Shown one piece after another: positions 1 through 12,114 of a DNA stretch of 64,000 bases. Each line of letters begins with the position of its first letter. The stretch's first letter is position 1. The notes beneath the pieces were generated by a model that searched no databases, was not told the DNA's origin, and saw only the letters and a program-made list of their open reading frames with translations. Both the position numbers and the translations under genes were made by a program. Source of the stretch: Podarcis pityusensis (Eukaryota). The stretch lies in the NCBI GenBank assembly GCA_964106645.2, contig OZ067043.1. One strand, 5' to 3'.

Positions 1-342
1 GAGGGGTCTTGCATGAGGAAAGAGGCCCACACTGAATCACAGAACCAGGAGACCCCAAAGGGCAGTTCCTGCCATTTTCTTCCTAGGGGTGGGAGGGCAC
101 CAACAGCACCTCCTATTTGCTGAGAGCATGCAGTGGAGGCAGCATGGTGGTGCTGAGGAGGAGGAGGAGGAGGAGGAGGAGGAGGATGCTGATCCAGCAT
201 CCAAGTAGCCTGTCATAGCTGTTGCTGCCCCCATGGCAGCAGCAATGGACAATGCATTTTTTTGAGGCTGGATTTGCTGCATTTGTGGATCTTGCTACCT
301 GAGGCAGCTTCCTCACCTTACCTCATAGGTGGGCCAGCTCTG
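1..342. mobile_element. Right part of a non-autonomous DNA transposon (MITE-like), truncated by the window edge
   Basis: Ends in ctgaggcagcttcctcaccttacctcataggtgggccagctctg, a terminus I recognise from common squamate repeats. Confidence 0.35.
155..184 (+). repeat. (GAG)10 microsatellite
   Basis: Read directly. Confidence 0.95.
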
Positions 343-2339
343 GTATATAGCTGAAATGGTAAGTTCATGTGCACCAGCACCCTAGCATTTCTGACATTTG
401 GCACTCTCTGTGTGAGTGACAGTGTGTAAATTCTCGCAATGTGACCAGAATTCTTCACCAGAGTTAAGTAAATTAAATACATTTTGCATATATTTACTTA
501 CTGTGCATAATTCAGTTTGCTTCCCCTAATCATAAGAGACAAAGAGGATATATAATGCACTGAATCCCCATTTCCTGCCAGCTGAAATTCTGTTTCCCCT
601 TTGCACCTGAGATTTCACTCATTTTGCAGCCATATAGACTAGACTCTCACTTTGGTTTGGTTTTTAAAAGGAAAGCCCAGGGTCCTGACTGGTACCATCA
701 CACAGTGGTAAGATACAGACAGTTGATTAAGTTTTAATTGCAATAGCAGATTCTGTCATTGCTCCCACTGGGTTATTTTGACCTGCTAATTTTTACCTAG
801 GGAACAGATATTGTGACTTTCTCATTTTTAAGTCCAGGAATTTGTTTGCTTACAAAACAGACAGCCATTTAATTTCTAAATAAAAAAGTACATTACTAGA
901 TTCTGACATTTTTATTGCTTTATGAATTATAGCCCCAGGAATAGTGCACAGCAGTATTGGGTTTTTTAAAACATTTAAAATTAAACAGACTTCACTGCAG
1001 AAATGTACCAGCATATTATTTTTCAGTAATTTCCTAAAGTATTGTAATGTGGTTAGTTTGTAAAATCAGTTCAAACCAGTATTTAATAGCTTTATTTTCT
1101 ATTCTAATTTCTCCCCCTTGGAAGTGACAAAACTATAGGGGGTGGGAAATCAATATTTTGCAAAATGGGTACAAAGTGCTAAAGGAAATGGAATAATTTT
1201 AACATTAGATGCCTTTATGTAAAGGCAAATGTGTGCCAGGGGAGCTGTGTATTATTTCTTTCATTTAAAGGCCATCTTTGAAATTTCAGTTTTTGCTTCT
1301 TAGCAGTAAAGGAAGATGGAAAAATAACTTCTACTGCAGGTTTTTAATAAGAATCTCCATTCAATTTTAATGAGCACATTATTTTTTCCCCAATTTCGTC
1401 TGTCACTTCTAGTTTGCATCTTTTTAATTATGAAGAATACTATTAGTCAAATAGTATATAGAGAAGATTTGTTGTCAGTTATTTTAATTTCTCTTCACAT
1501 GCCTTGTTTTACGTTCTGCTCTGAGATCTCTGCTCAAGCAGTCCAGACCCAAGCAGTCTCCCTGTCTGGGAAAGGTTTGGATGAGACATAAGTAGGCCTC
1601 CCCCAGTGAAAAACTGCCTATATTGCCTGGGGGGGGGACTCCACACCAGCAGAAATACATCTGCCCACCCACAGATTGCTGGGCAGGTAAAAATGCACCC
1701 ACCAGCAGTTAACTTTGTGGAGAACCCCAAAACGGGGAGCAGGATTACCCTCAGCAATGGAGACAGGAGGTGTGGTGGAAAGGGAGGGGGAAAACACCAA
1801 CCTGGGGTGAAGGCAGGGACCCAAGCTCAATAGTGCTAGGAGCGAAACCAAATCCAGAGGTAATGGGAAGGAGGAAAATCAACACAGCAAACTGCAGGGA
1901 GCAAAACTCAATGTTGGGGGGGGGGGAAATGAGTGGGTTCACATCCAGGGGAGTAAGTGTTCTGGTGGGTGCCAGAGGGGCACCAAGCATTAGGAAACAG
2001 CAGCTGATGGGGCAGGCAGAGGATCTAATGAAGGGTTGAAAGATGTAGAACTGTGGTGGGAGCAAGTAGCTGGAGGAGGGGAGGAAGAGTTGCTGGGAGG
2101 GGCCCAGCCACAGGAAGAAAGGAGAAGTGGTGGAAAGCCACAGTGATTGATAGCTGGGGATGCATTCAGAAGGCTGCAGAAATCTGCAGGATTTGCTAAT
2201 GTTCTGGGCTGAAAAATTGCTTGCATGTGCAGCCTCCATCATCCTCCCTGCCCTGGCAGGGGTTTCTGCCCAGCAACATCTTCCACCATGGGCAGCTTCT
2301 GATGGGTTGCACTGCTTTGGTGACTCATGGGATCAAGTC

Positions 2340-2670
2340 ATGGAAGCACCGGTGTCTCATCGTCAGCTTTCAGAACACCCATTTGATCACCACATGGGTG
2401 GTACAGTGTGCCCTATAATAGTGCCTATCTGGAGTTACAGAGAAAGTGGCACGTAAGTGCATTTGAGAGGATTGGCTCCCTCTGCCTCCACCACTGCATA
2501 TCAGGTTCCACCAGCAAGCAATGGAATGACACCTTTGGTGCCATCAGGAAATGAGCCTGGGAACTAATCTGCTCTGGCGTGATGTTAATGGAGGCTTTGA
2601 ACAAAGCCTTGGGGGCAGGTAAGAAGATCCTTGCCCATATCCCATCAAAGACATGGACAACAGCCAGAGT
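2340..2670 (-). mobile_element. Decayed PIF/Harbinger transposase remnant (element may span ~1630-3460)
   Basis: Minus-strand motifs in Harbinger order: VVHVFDG, KASINI, FPGSFPDG, LLVE-x-Y, YYRAHCTTHVVIKWVF*KLTMRHRC; stops and frameshifts present. Confidence 0.55.
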
Positions 2671-3817
2671 GATGTCAGTAATGTATCAGTGGCATCGATT
2701 CCCAAGGATCTTGCAGGGATGGGAGAGGTGGTGGTGCAGTGCCAGCACCAGTGGAGGAAGGTGTGGCTGTGGCTGTGGCTATGGAGGCTGTCCAACCAGC
2801 TCAGCCTCTCCCCAGTGTATCCCAGAGGTGGGTGTGCATTCTCTTTGTGGATGAGTTGCATCCTCTCTGCACCCTGGTTTCAGTGAGTATGTCTCGGCAG
2901 AGTTGCCAGGCACAAAGATCAGCACCATGGACAGCACTTGAGCTGTCTTCTGCTCACATGCATGCTGCTCCTCTGAGGCCCAGTAGCCCTCATGGACATG
3001 GTGGTTGGCCTCCCACTTGCTGCCTTGCTGGACGCTGTGGCTGCCATTCAACAGGGTAGGTCTGCACAAGATCCTGAGATGCCACTGCCTCAACCACCCA
3101 ACAGACCGAGACCAGCACTTATGCCACCTATGGACCTGGACCATAGGAGACTGAGGAGAGGATGATCCTCATATGGGAGTGGGAGAACAATGAAACTCCT
3201 AGCAGCTTGGGAGGGGGCAGGCCCAATCCAGGGAATGTTGGGGTGAATGATGGGGGCAGTACCCTCTCCAATGCTAAGGATTTGTCTTTGGAGGGCAGCA
3301 ACAGGGAGTGGAAAGGGGTGATCAGCAGTGACAGCAGGCTTCGTCTTGGGGATACTGCACTGTTGGTGGGTCATTGTCTGCTGGAGGTGAGGGATGCAGG
3401 AGGAATGGGAGGTGGCTTTGGAGGACGAGGCTACAGATAGCTTATTTGGATGAATCAAGAGTGAACTAAGATGCTACAAACTTACAGATCAACTTCAAAC
3501 AAGCATTCGATCAAGGAATTAAGCATATAAATCATGAAGCAGGGTTGTTAAGGTCTGGTGAATCTGTACAGATTTTCCTTTTCCTTACATGACCATCATA
3601 AATAAAGTTTCTCCTGCTGTGTTTGTGTTCCCCCTGCAGAAACACATCTCCTCAAATGCAATATTCCTCTAACAATAATACCTCTCAAATTCCTTGTCAC
3701 TATCTTGGAGTTTTAGTTGTTCCTTTCAGAACATGAGGCTTAAGAGGGCTGTTTTGCCTGACTTGCTTTTCAGCTGGAATGTAAATCTTCAGATCTATAC
3801 TCACCAAAATTCTTTCT

Positions 3818-4016
3818 ACTTAATTGCATCTGCACCCCACCCTTTTCCCAAGGAGCTTAGGTTAGCATACATGGCTGTCCACCACCCATTTTACCCAGCT
3901 ATCCCTTAAGGCTGAGACAGTGACTTGTGCAAGGTCCACCCAGGGAGCTTCATGGTCGAGTGTGGCTTTGGACCTGGATTTCCCTGGTCCTGGTTGGATT
4001 TTTAACCACATTGGCT
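3818..4016 (-). mobile_element. Old MIR/CORE-like SINE
   Basis: Reverse complement resembles the + strand copy at 58424-58590 (tRNA-like head, gaagctc..tgg..gaccttg core). Confidence 0.55.
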
Positions 4017-6975
4017 TTCAGTGCCTCTCTCCTGTGTTCTCTTCTGCACTGACAGTGATCCCACATTCACATAATTAGCACAATGTTGCAAAGCCTTTCT
4101 AAAGATACTGTGTGTAATGTGGGTGTGCTAATGTCTGCATATGAGTAAGGTGATGTGGAGGAGGAACCTAACCCTTACCTTTTGTTTTGGAGCAGCCTGC
4201 CAGTGCATTTAATTAGAAACCGTGCATCTTGGAAAATTCATGTGGCGTGCCTATATTCTTCCTTGCTGCTAGTCTGTTAATAGGAGGCAATGCAAACCTG
4301 CCCCTGTGTCTGTCTCCCCAGGTCAGGAAGGCTTAGAAGGGAACTGGTGTGGGGGCCTCCAGTTCTGAGGCAGGGATATCCAGATCCAATGGCTCTTCAT
4401 GGTCGCTGGCAATATGGAGAGCTTCTGAAAGATGCTGGTACTCTTTTGAAGAGAATCCAGGTCTGCGGTCTGGGCAGGGCTGACTCCTGACTCCTCCTAC
4501 ACATTGCACTCCACAAAGATAGGCCTATACTGTAGCTTCCTATGTTGTCAGTAGAACAGAAGTCTCTGTTCTGGTCCATTAGTGAAGATTGGAAGCCAAC
4601 CTACCACCTTGACGTCAATTTAGATAGCTGTCCTAGCTGCCACAGTAGCACTAGCTGATCTCTGCCATAGCCCAGTCACCTGGAGTTGAGTCATTCCTGT
4701 TTTGAGATTACTTGTACTTTTTAATCCTGATAGGAAAATGGATGTTAAGCCTAAAACTGTTTTAGTGAGGGTATTTTGTGAAGCCTGGATTTGAAGGGGT
4801 ACAGTGTGTTAGCTCTGCTTTACAAGCTCTGGGGCTTTAAGTCTGTCCATTGGCCTCAAATGCCCCGACCAGCGGAGCCCAGGACTGCCACCTTGTTTTC
4901 CTGCCTGGTGCTTTAATCATTTTGATGCTGAAGATAAGCTAGCGGAGACTCGTCAGGCAGAAGACGTCCTTTAAAGAGTGTTTTTTGCTAAAAAACTTAA
5001 CACCATGGTGCTGAAAAGTGTTTGTGCAACTTGCAAATGTAACCTACTTCTCATATCACTTAAATTATTCATCAAACTTCTAAGCACAGTTGTAGAAGCA
5101 GAGGGGCAGATTATTACCATTGCTGGTTCGTCTCATTAAGTAAAGGTCTGTCTGATTCCTCCAGTTTGCCTTAGATCCAGGATACCTTTCATGGAGTGGT
5201 GGCAATGATGCATGTGAAAGGTTCTGAGTTCCTCTTGCTGAAAAGAACAGGAGCAAGTAGCCTTTTTGTTTCCATAAATGTGTATGAAATCCCAAAGTAT
5301 GCAGTTTATAGTATTTATTTTTGGCTTTTATCTCTCTTCTGCTGCAAAGTGAATAAGATCCTTGCATATTTTTTCAGACTGAAAATGATGAGCTGAGGGG
5401 AAGGAATGGGCTTCACAGGCTGTGGAACACATCTGATTGATCAGGAAGTGTAATTTTTGGGGGGTGGAGGGTTGTCTTAAGTCTGGAAGAAAATAGGCAG
5501 GTATAATATGGGGGGGGGGGGAGAACGAGGTTGAAGAAGAACAGATGGTAAGAGAGGCATGTGTAACTAGATGACAATGAGGACCTCACAAATACACACA
5601 CAGAGAGAAAGAGACTTATAGTTCTTTCCCCTCTCACCACTACCACCCATCGTGGTTTTCTCTCCTCTGCCCCTCCTTCATGCTTGTCATTTGTCAGAGA
5701 AGCTAAAGGCGCCTCTTACCTTTCATTTCCGGGAGGCTGTAAAGACTTCACCCCGTTACTGTCTGCACATCAGTGCAGGGCAAATCAGCATCGCTACTCT
5801 TGGCCGTGTTTTCCTGCTTCCACCTCCATCCAGTTTTATCACCCAAAGTGACACTGTTTGTCATTAGAAGCAAGCATGATGATAATCACCACAATTTCTT
5901 TTATTTCTTTTTGAATTAAGTAAACTGATGATGTGTGAAATTAAACCAAGTTTCCCTTAGGGCAGTATCATCAACCTTGAGATCCTGTCTGCCCCTCTAA
6001 AGTTTGAGACCCTGCATGTTCCTCCACCGACTGCTTTGCCCGTCCTTTCCCCTTCTTGCTATGATTCTGATTTTACTTCATAGTAGGCAGAGAAACAGGG
6101 TAGGGAAGAGAACTAGGACTGGGCTAAGAGGCACAAGAGATGCATCATCTGCCCCTGTCTTGGAGCATGTGAAGGATATAGATTGAAGTTTTGGGTTAAC
6201 AACTGTCCATTTTGGTTCTTACCTCTGCTTGCTGTCATTTTCATTTTCCCACTCCTTTTAATGAGAGAATAAACTGCACATCTCCAGCTTGTAAATTTGG
6301 GGTTTCTATTTGAATGGCATGACGGGGACATTCAGCTACCCCCCCCCCCAGGTTATAAGACCTGCCAAATTTCAACCAGATTGGCAAAGGGTCTCCATTT
6401 TAGTTAAGACCCCCCACATTCCTAAATCACCTTTGCCTTACATTACAACAGATGTAAAATAAGGGTGGGTACATTTCTTTTTTCTTCTTCAGTTGCTTTA
6501 GAAATGATTGCACAAAACAGAACCTGTGCTTTGTCCCCTTGTAATTGCATCTATCATTCTGCAGCCTCATGTTGTGGCCTAGCATATAATGAGAGTGTGA
6601 TATACAGGGAATATACTGACCATTGTGGAATAGACTTGAATACATCAGTATAAAATGCCAACATGGCTCAACTAAGTGCAGCCTGCTTAAGTGTTGTTGA
6701 TCTCCAGATAAAATCAAAACTGGCACAGACTTATCTGGAGATCATGCAGTTTTTGCGCAATTTTGCATATTAGCTACAATGGTGGAACGAATCCTTCATA
6801 AATATTACACCCATATTTCAGTGGAGACATAACATCTGGCATTTGTGCTTTTAGCTTTCTTACCCATCTCTCCTGTTAATGTAACTCTCTTGTAATGTTT
6901 AGGGAGTGTCTGTTCTCTGGAACTGTACAGTAGCATTCCCTTAACGGCTGAGCTTTTCTCTTTGTTCTGTTCCAG

Positions 6976-7123
6976 GTCAACGTGGAGTCTTAAGGGAGAT
7001 TACATTGCCTCCAACACAGATGAGTGCACAGCCACTCTGGTGTATGCTGTTAATCTGAAGCAATCTGGCACCGTCTCCTTTGAGTATATCTACCAAGACA
7101 GCAGCATCGTCTTTGAGTTCTTT
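6976..7123 (+). CDS. ELAPOR1: ELAPOR1 coding exon (about exon 4 by human numbering)
   Basis: ttccag|G...TTT|gtatgt; [49 protein letters not shown]. Confidence 0.93.
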
Positions 7124-7989
7124 GTATGTTTCCTATAACTCAATCCACCTTGCTAATATTGCATGCAAAGTGAGGGAGGATTTCTTCTGGGCACTGTCTT
7201 TACCTATATGACCACCTCTGCACTAGTTTTCACTTTCGGGGCCTATCTGAAAAATGGGTGTTGCATCTTGTTGCAGTCAAGGACAAGGATTCCTGGTATT
7301 TAAACCAGAAAACATGGAAGGAGGTTCGTTTTTGTGTTGCTGGCAATTCATTTAGCCTCCCACTGAACTGTTCCTTCTTGGACTTCATCCGGTGACAAAT
7401 GAATTTTGGCAGCAGTTATTTTTGCAGTCCTTTCAAGATACAGTGGTTTCCCTTCTTTAGCGCTTCAAAGATAATGATGCTCATTTAAAACAACAGCATT
7501 ATTACTTTGGCATCTCCTCTCCTCCCTATTCACTACAATACAGTAGCCAAGAAGACTTTTCCAACATTTATACCATCTCCAGGGCCATTAACATATACCA
7601 CTGTGTTGGTATATGTGTATACATTGCTTTAAGAAAGTGGGTAGATACAGGAATGGTTGCCTTGAGTGCCAAAATGGACACAAAACCATTTAACTTCTTA
7701 AAAATCTCTGAACAATGTGCTTTAGATTTGCTGCTGGAGGATTAGTTAGGGCACTTTCTCCATCCTTGTACTTTGTAGGAGCCCAGAGAAACCTACAGCA
7801 GCTTATCTTTCCAGCCTTTAAAGCTATGCATACATTCTCTCTACACTACAGCATTAGAACTTGGTCCGACAAAAGAGTTTTGCCTTCCAGCAGCAAAAAT
7901 GTTAATTTTACTATGATATCTTAAGCTGACTACTACAAATCAACTTATTTACCCCATGCATCCTCATCCCAGGTTCTCATTTCTTGCAG

Positions 7990-8070
7990 ATTCAGAATGA
8001 CCAGTGCCAGCCAACTGTAGAGGAGTCACGATGGATGAGAACCACAGAGAAAGGGTGGGAGACGCACACT
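7990..8070 (+). CDS. ELAPOR1: ELAPOR1 coding exon (~5)
   Basis: ttgcag|ATT...ACT|gtaagt; IQNDQCQPTVEESRWMRTTEKGWETHT. Confidence 0.93.
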
Positions 8071-8226
8071 GTAAGTGCACAGAGCTCCTTAACTGTGCTT
8101 ATGGCCAGCAGGGGCTTGGAGAAGGAGACCTGTGTGTGCTTCTGGGACTCAGTACTGAAGTCCCAAACGGTACAGCCTTTCAGTATCAGCTGGGACTTGA
8201 ACTGTCTGTGCTTTGAACATTTGCAG

Positions 8227-8332
8227 GTGGAGCTGAGTCAGGGCAACAATGTTCTGTTTTGGAGAACGACAGCCTTCTCTGTGTGGTCCAAAACTCCCAA
8301 GCCTGTGTTGGTGAGGAACATTGAGATTACAG
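8227..8332 (+). CDS. ELAPOR1: ELAPOR1 coding exon (~6)
   Basis: ttgcag|GTG...ACAG|gtttgt; [35 protein letters not shown]. Confidence 0.93.
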
Positions 8333-8471
8333 GTTTGTGTTTGGTTGGTGCATGTCTCGGGTCTGATGCCACTATGCAAGCTGTCATTTTGCCCAGCAGC
8401 GGCTAAAAGGTTTTTTTTCCTCTCTTGCACTGCTATCCAACCTCCCCCCTTTCCTCCCCCCTGTTCCCTAG

Positions 8472-8621
8472 GAGTAGCCTTCACTTCTGAATGCTTTCCC
8501 TGCAAGGCAGGCACCTACACAGCCAAATTAGGTTCTTCCTTCTGCCAGCCATGCCCAGCAAACTCCTACTCCAGCAAAACAGCTACTTCCTGCCACCAGT
8601 GCGAGCCAGCAATGTACTCAG
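8472..8621 (+). CDS. ELAPOR1: ELAPOR1 coding exon (~7), Cys-rich repeat
   Basis: ccctag|GA...TCAG|gtaagc; [16 protein letters not shown]...[10 protein letters not shown]. Confidence 0.93.
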
Positions 8622-8682
8622 GTAAGCACCTTAGCTAATTATCAGAAAACCTATGAAGGAGGCTGATTTATGACTTTGGAGT

Positions 8683-8853
8683 ATAGGAAGCTGCTTTTAT
8701 ATGGAGTCCATCTTGCTCAATATTGTCTACACTGACTGGCAGTGGCTCTCCAGGGTTTCAGGGAGGATCCCCTACCTGGGGATGCTGGGGATTGAACTTG
8801 GGACCTTCTATATGCAAGGCAGGGGCAGTACCACTGAGCTGTGGTCTATTCCC
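8683..8853 (-). mobile_element. tRNA-Ala(TGC)-derived SINE
   Basis: Reverse complement has AGCTCAGTGGTA (A box), GGTCCCAAGTTCAATCCC (B box) and the body ctggagagccactgccagtcagtgtagacaata shared with 19886-20067. Confidence 0.75.
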
Positions 8854-9117
8854 ATAGCTTTACTTAGCAAAAGTATCACATATCCCCAGCTGTTTGCCCA
8901 GCTTCCAAGTTCAGTTGAATATGCTACCTAAACCTTCCTGCCAGCTTAGAACCCATTGCACCTGCTCTGACGAAGAAAAACCAATTGCTCTCCTTTCTCC
9001 TCTTCAAAAATGTAATTAATGTAGCCATGTTCTTTCCCCTGTTTCTGTAAGAGGCTAAGTCTGCAGTGTTGGGTACTGCTTTTGCTTTTGCTTGTAATGA
9101 TTTGGCATCAACCCTTT

Positions 9118-9120
<3 letters not shown>

Positions 9121-9177
<57 letters not shown>
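9121..9177 (+). repeat. (CT)n(CA)n compound microsatellite
   Basis: Read directly. Confidence 0.95.
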
Positions 9178-9178
<1 letters not shown>

Positions 9179-10074
9179 ATTTTCTTTCTCCCAGTAACAT
9201 TCACAAGCATGTGAAACTGAAGGGGAGAGGAGGGAAAACAGTAAGTGAAGATGAAACCAAAAGCCTCGGGTAGCCAGTGTAGTGCCCACCCAGATGAGCC
9301 TCAATCAGCCCAAACCAGCATAGACAGTGGGTCAAAGATGATGGGAGCTCCTGGGAGACAGCCCATTAGCTATCCTTGCCAAAAGCTATTTCTAAGCAGT
9401 TTCCATTAACACAAGCACCAAGAAGTATTGTTTTAACTTCCTCCTGCCTTATTGATAGCGAGGCATTTAAAAGTGCAGTTATTTAAATTCCCTTCATCTT
9501 TGGAGGGTGTTGTTGGCATGCTTAGAAGCATTTATTATTGCAAGCTGGAAGCATAGGGAAACCCCGCCCCCAGCTTTTGCATGCCCACTTGGGTGCCATT
9601 TTCCTTCTTCCCTGGGCATTTGATAAGTTTGAGAAAGTTGGGGGGGGGGGGGAGAACTGGCAAGCAAGATTACTAGCAATGGTGGAGAAATTAGCCCAGC
9701 CAGGATCTATATGAGCTTTGGAAAATTACTGGGGAAATCTTGAGCTTTTTCAGAGAATTCTCCAAATGAAAGTTTGGAAAGATCTGGCCCATTAAATGTA
9801 GGCACATTTTTATCCTCTCCATGGAAAGTAGGTCTAAGTCTCAAGCAGATTTTTGATCTGTAGTTCTGTGTTTTTGGAGAAATTTTACACAGCTGGATTT
9901 GGGGCATCGTTCTCATGTATTGCTCTCTGCATAATGAGGGTTACGTTTTGTTAGGGCCTTCATGCTTTGAGCATAATTTGCTCAGTTCTATGGAACTCTG
10001 CCTTGCAGAAAGACTTGGAAAGTTACTCTCAAATTACAAGCTCATAGCAATTTCATTCCTCTTTGTGGTTGCTT

Positions 10075-10232
10075 AGAATCACAGAATCACAGAATTGTGG
10101 AGCTTGAAGGGACCACTGGGGTCATTTAGTCCAACCCCCTGCAATGCAGCAATCTTTTGCCCAGCATGGGGCTTGAACCCATGACTTTTGAGATTAAGAG
10201 TCTCATGTTCTACTGACTTAACTGTCTCAGGC
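10075..10232 (-). mobile_element. tRNA-Lys(CTT)-headed SINE with CR1-type 3' tail
   Basis: Reverse complement: ...AGTCAGTAGAACATGAGACTCTTAATCTC...CATGGGTTCAAGCCCCATGCTGGGC, then GCAGGGGGTTGGACTAAATGACC...ATTCTGTGATTCTGTGATTCT. Confidence 0.8.
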
Positions 10233-10915
10233 TTGCATCATATCTGGCGAGTGCAATATCAGTGTTGTCTGTTCCCCTATAAGAAGTGGCAGCAGCTGGC
10301 ACATTAGACTGCAGCATTTTGATTAGTTGCTGTCGTGCAGGAAGACTTTGACTTGATCAGCTTCAAAACCTTATTCTTGAAGCATTTTACCAGGTTGCTG
10401 GAAACTATAGGAGGAGATGGTGGACCTTGGGTTTCCCCTTTCCTCCATGGGAAGAGAGTATTCAACTTAATGACAAAATGCTCCATCTTCAGGGCAAAAT
10501 CCCTGCAATTTTCTCATCAATTGCTGCCACTTTTTCTTACCCTAAAAGGGCTGGGAACTGCCCGCTCCTTTAACATGATACAAAAATGTGTTCTTTGTTC
10601 CCGTCAAATTCAATTGTCTTAAGCAAATATAAGGCAAATGGCTTCTAACAATTTCTAGGAGAACAAATGTTGGAACTGAAGCCTGAAACGACCTGTACAT
10701 CTGCAAACATGCACACACTGCCCTTCTCATTGCTCCGGTTAAATACACTGAATAGATTTATGGTATCCGTGATTAGTACCTGCTACACAGAGATAAAATA
10801 TGGGCATGTGTGTGAGATGGGCATGGCACCTTTCTGAAGTTCCTGCTGAGTTGTTGCTAGATTGATTCTTTCATGCTCACGTGGTTTTAACCATTGTTTC
10901 CTCTTTTCAATAAAG

Positions 10916-11004
10916 AACCAGGTTCAGCATCATGCAAGCCACGCCCAGCTTGCACAGATAAGGATTATTTTTATACTCATACAGCCTGTGATACCAATGG
11001 AGAG
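10916..11004 (+). CDS. ELAPOR1: ELAPOR1 coding exon (~8)
   Basis: aataaag|AA...GAG|gtaatt; [30 protein letters not shown]; not in the supplied ORF track. Confidence 0.9.
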
Positions 11005-11936
11005 GTAATTCACCTTCTGGATTTCCTTGTTTGTGATGGTGGTGTTTAAATAGTGAAAATTTCTTGTTTAGCTTTTTGACGTACACAGCTATAGAGCTTA
11101 CCTTTAACGGAAAAGACTGTACTGCAAAGCATTGTACATGCTTTAATAAGCAGGGACATAAGGAGTCACTGAGCACGCAGGAATATAAAGGAGTCAGGCC
11201 CTGAAGATGGCATGGCTGGCTAAGCCTACCCACCTCTTTTAATAAGCAGAACCCACTGCTGCTGGTTTCTCCTTATTAGAAGAGGTGTGTGGCCTTGGAA
11301 AGGCCTCACCTCCTTGTCTACCTCAGGAAGAGGGAAGTGGCTACAGCGGGATGTGGCATGAACCTGCAGGCTTCCATCTCTTGGTGGTGGTGTGTAGGGA
11401 CGAAGGAGAGAAACTTGTTCTTCCCATCATCATGCCGCCACCACCAAGAGAAGGAAGCCTAAATGGGACACAAAGGGGAGAAACACTTTCTCCGCTTGTG
11501 TCCTGTCTCAGAGAAGGAAGCCTGTGCAGGATTCCTTGCAGTGACAGACTTTGGGGTCTGCTGCCCTCTGGGGCAAAATGTATCACGCCGGCACTGGCAC
11601 CTGGTCACTGTGAAAGCAGAATGTTGGGGTAGTTGGGTCAATTCAAGCAAGGCTCTTCTTATCACTGCTGTGTGCAAAGAGCACCCCCATGTGGACCATT
11701 TCATACTGACAGTATATTACTAAACTTGGGGAGGGAACTCAGAACACCCGGGAGTAAGAGGAGGAGGAGCTAATATGTCAGGGCTTCTTTCCTGGAATAT
11801 CCTCATAATGCTTTTTGCAGATGGGCAGAGAGCCTGTGTAATTGTTGTTCATGTAAAGAGATATCTAGGCATTGCACAGCTTTTTGCGGATTTAAGTGTA
11901 GAAATGTTTGCTCCTATTTCTTTCTTATATCAACAG

Positions 11937-12114
11937 ACTCAGTTAATGTATAAGTGGGCTGAACCAAAGATCTGCAGCGAGGAGCTCCCTGGTTCTGTAA
12001 AATTGCCTGCTTCTGGCATAAAAACTACATGCCCACCTTGCAATCCTGGTTTTTTCAAGACAAACACCAGTTCCTGCGAGCCCTGCCCATACGGATCATA
12101 TTCAAATGGGTCTG
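11937..12114 (+). CDS. ELAPOR1: ELAPOR1 coding exon (~9)
   Basis: caacag|ACT...TCTG|gtaatg; [24 protein letters not shown]...PYGSYSNGS. Confidence 0.93.

Noticed and set aside
1-6975. Upstream ELAPOR1 exons 1-3
   Set aside because: I found no segment encoding the expected signal peptide or N-terminal Cys-rich sequence with splice sites; they probably lie before the window.
10158-10232. Functional tRNA-Lys(CTT) gene
   Set aside because: Acceptor stem and D-arm are mutated and it is fused to a CR1 tail, so it is a SINE head.
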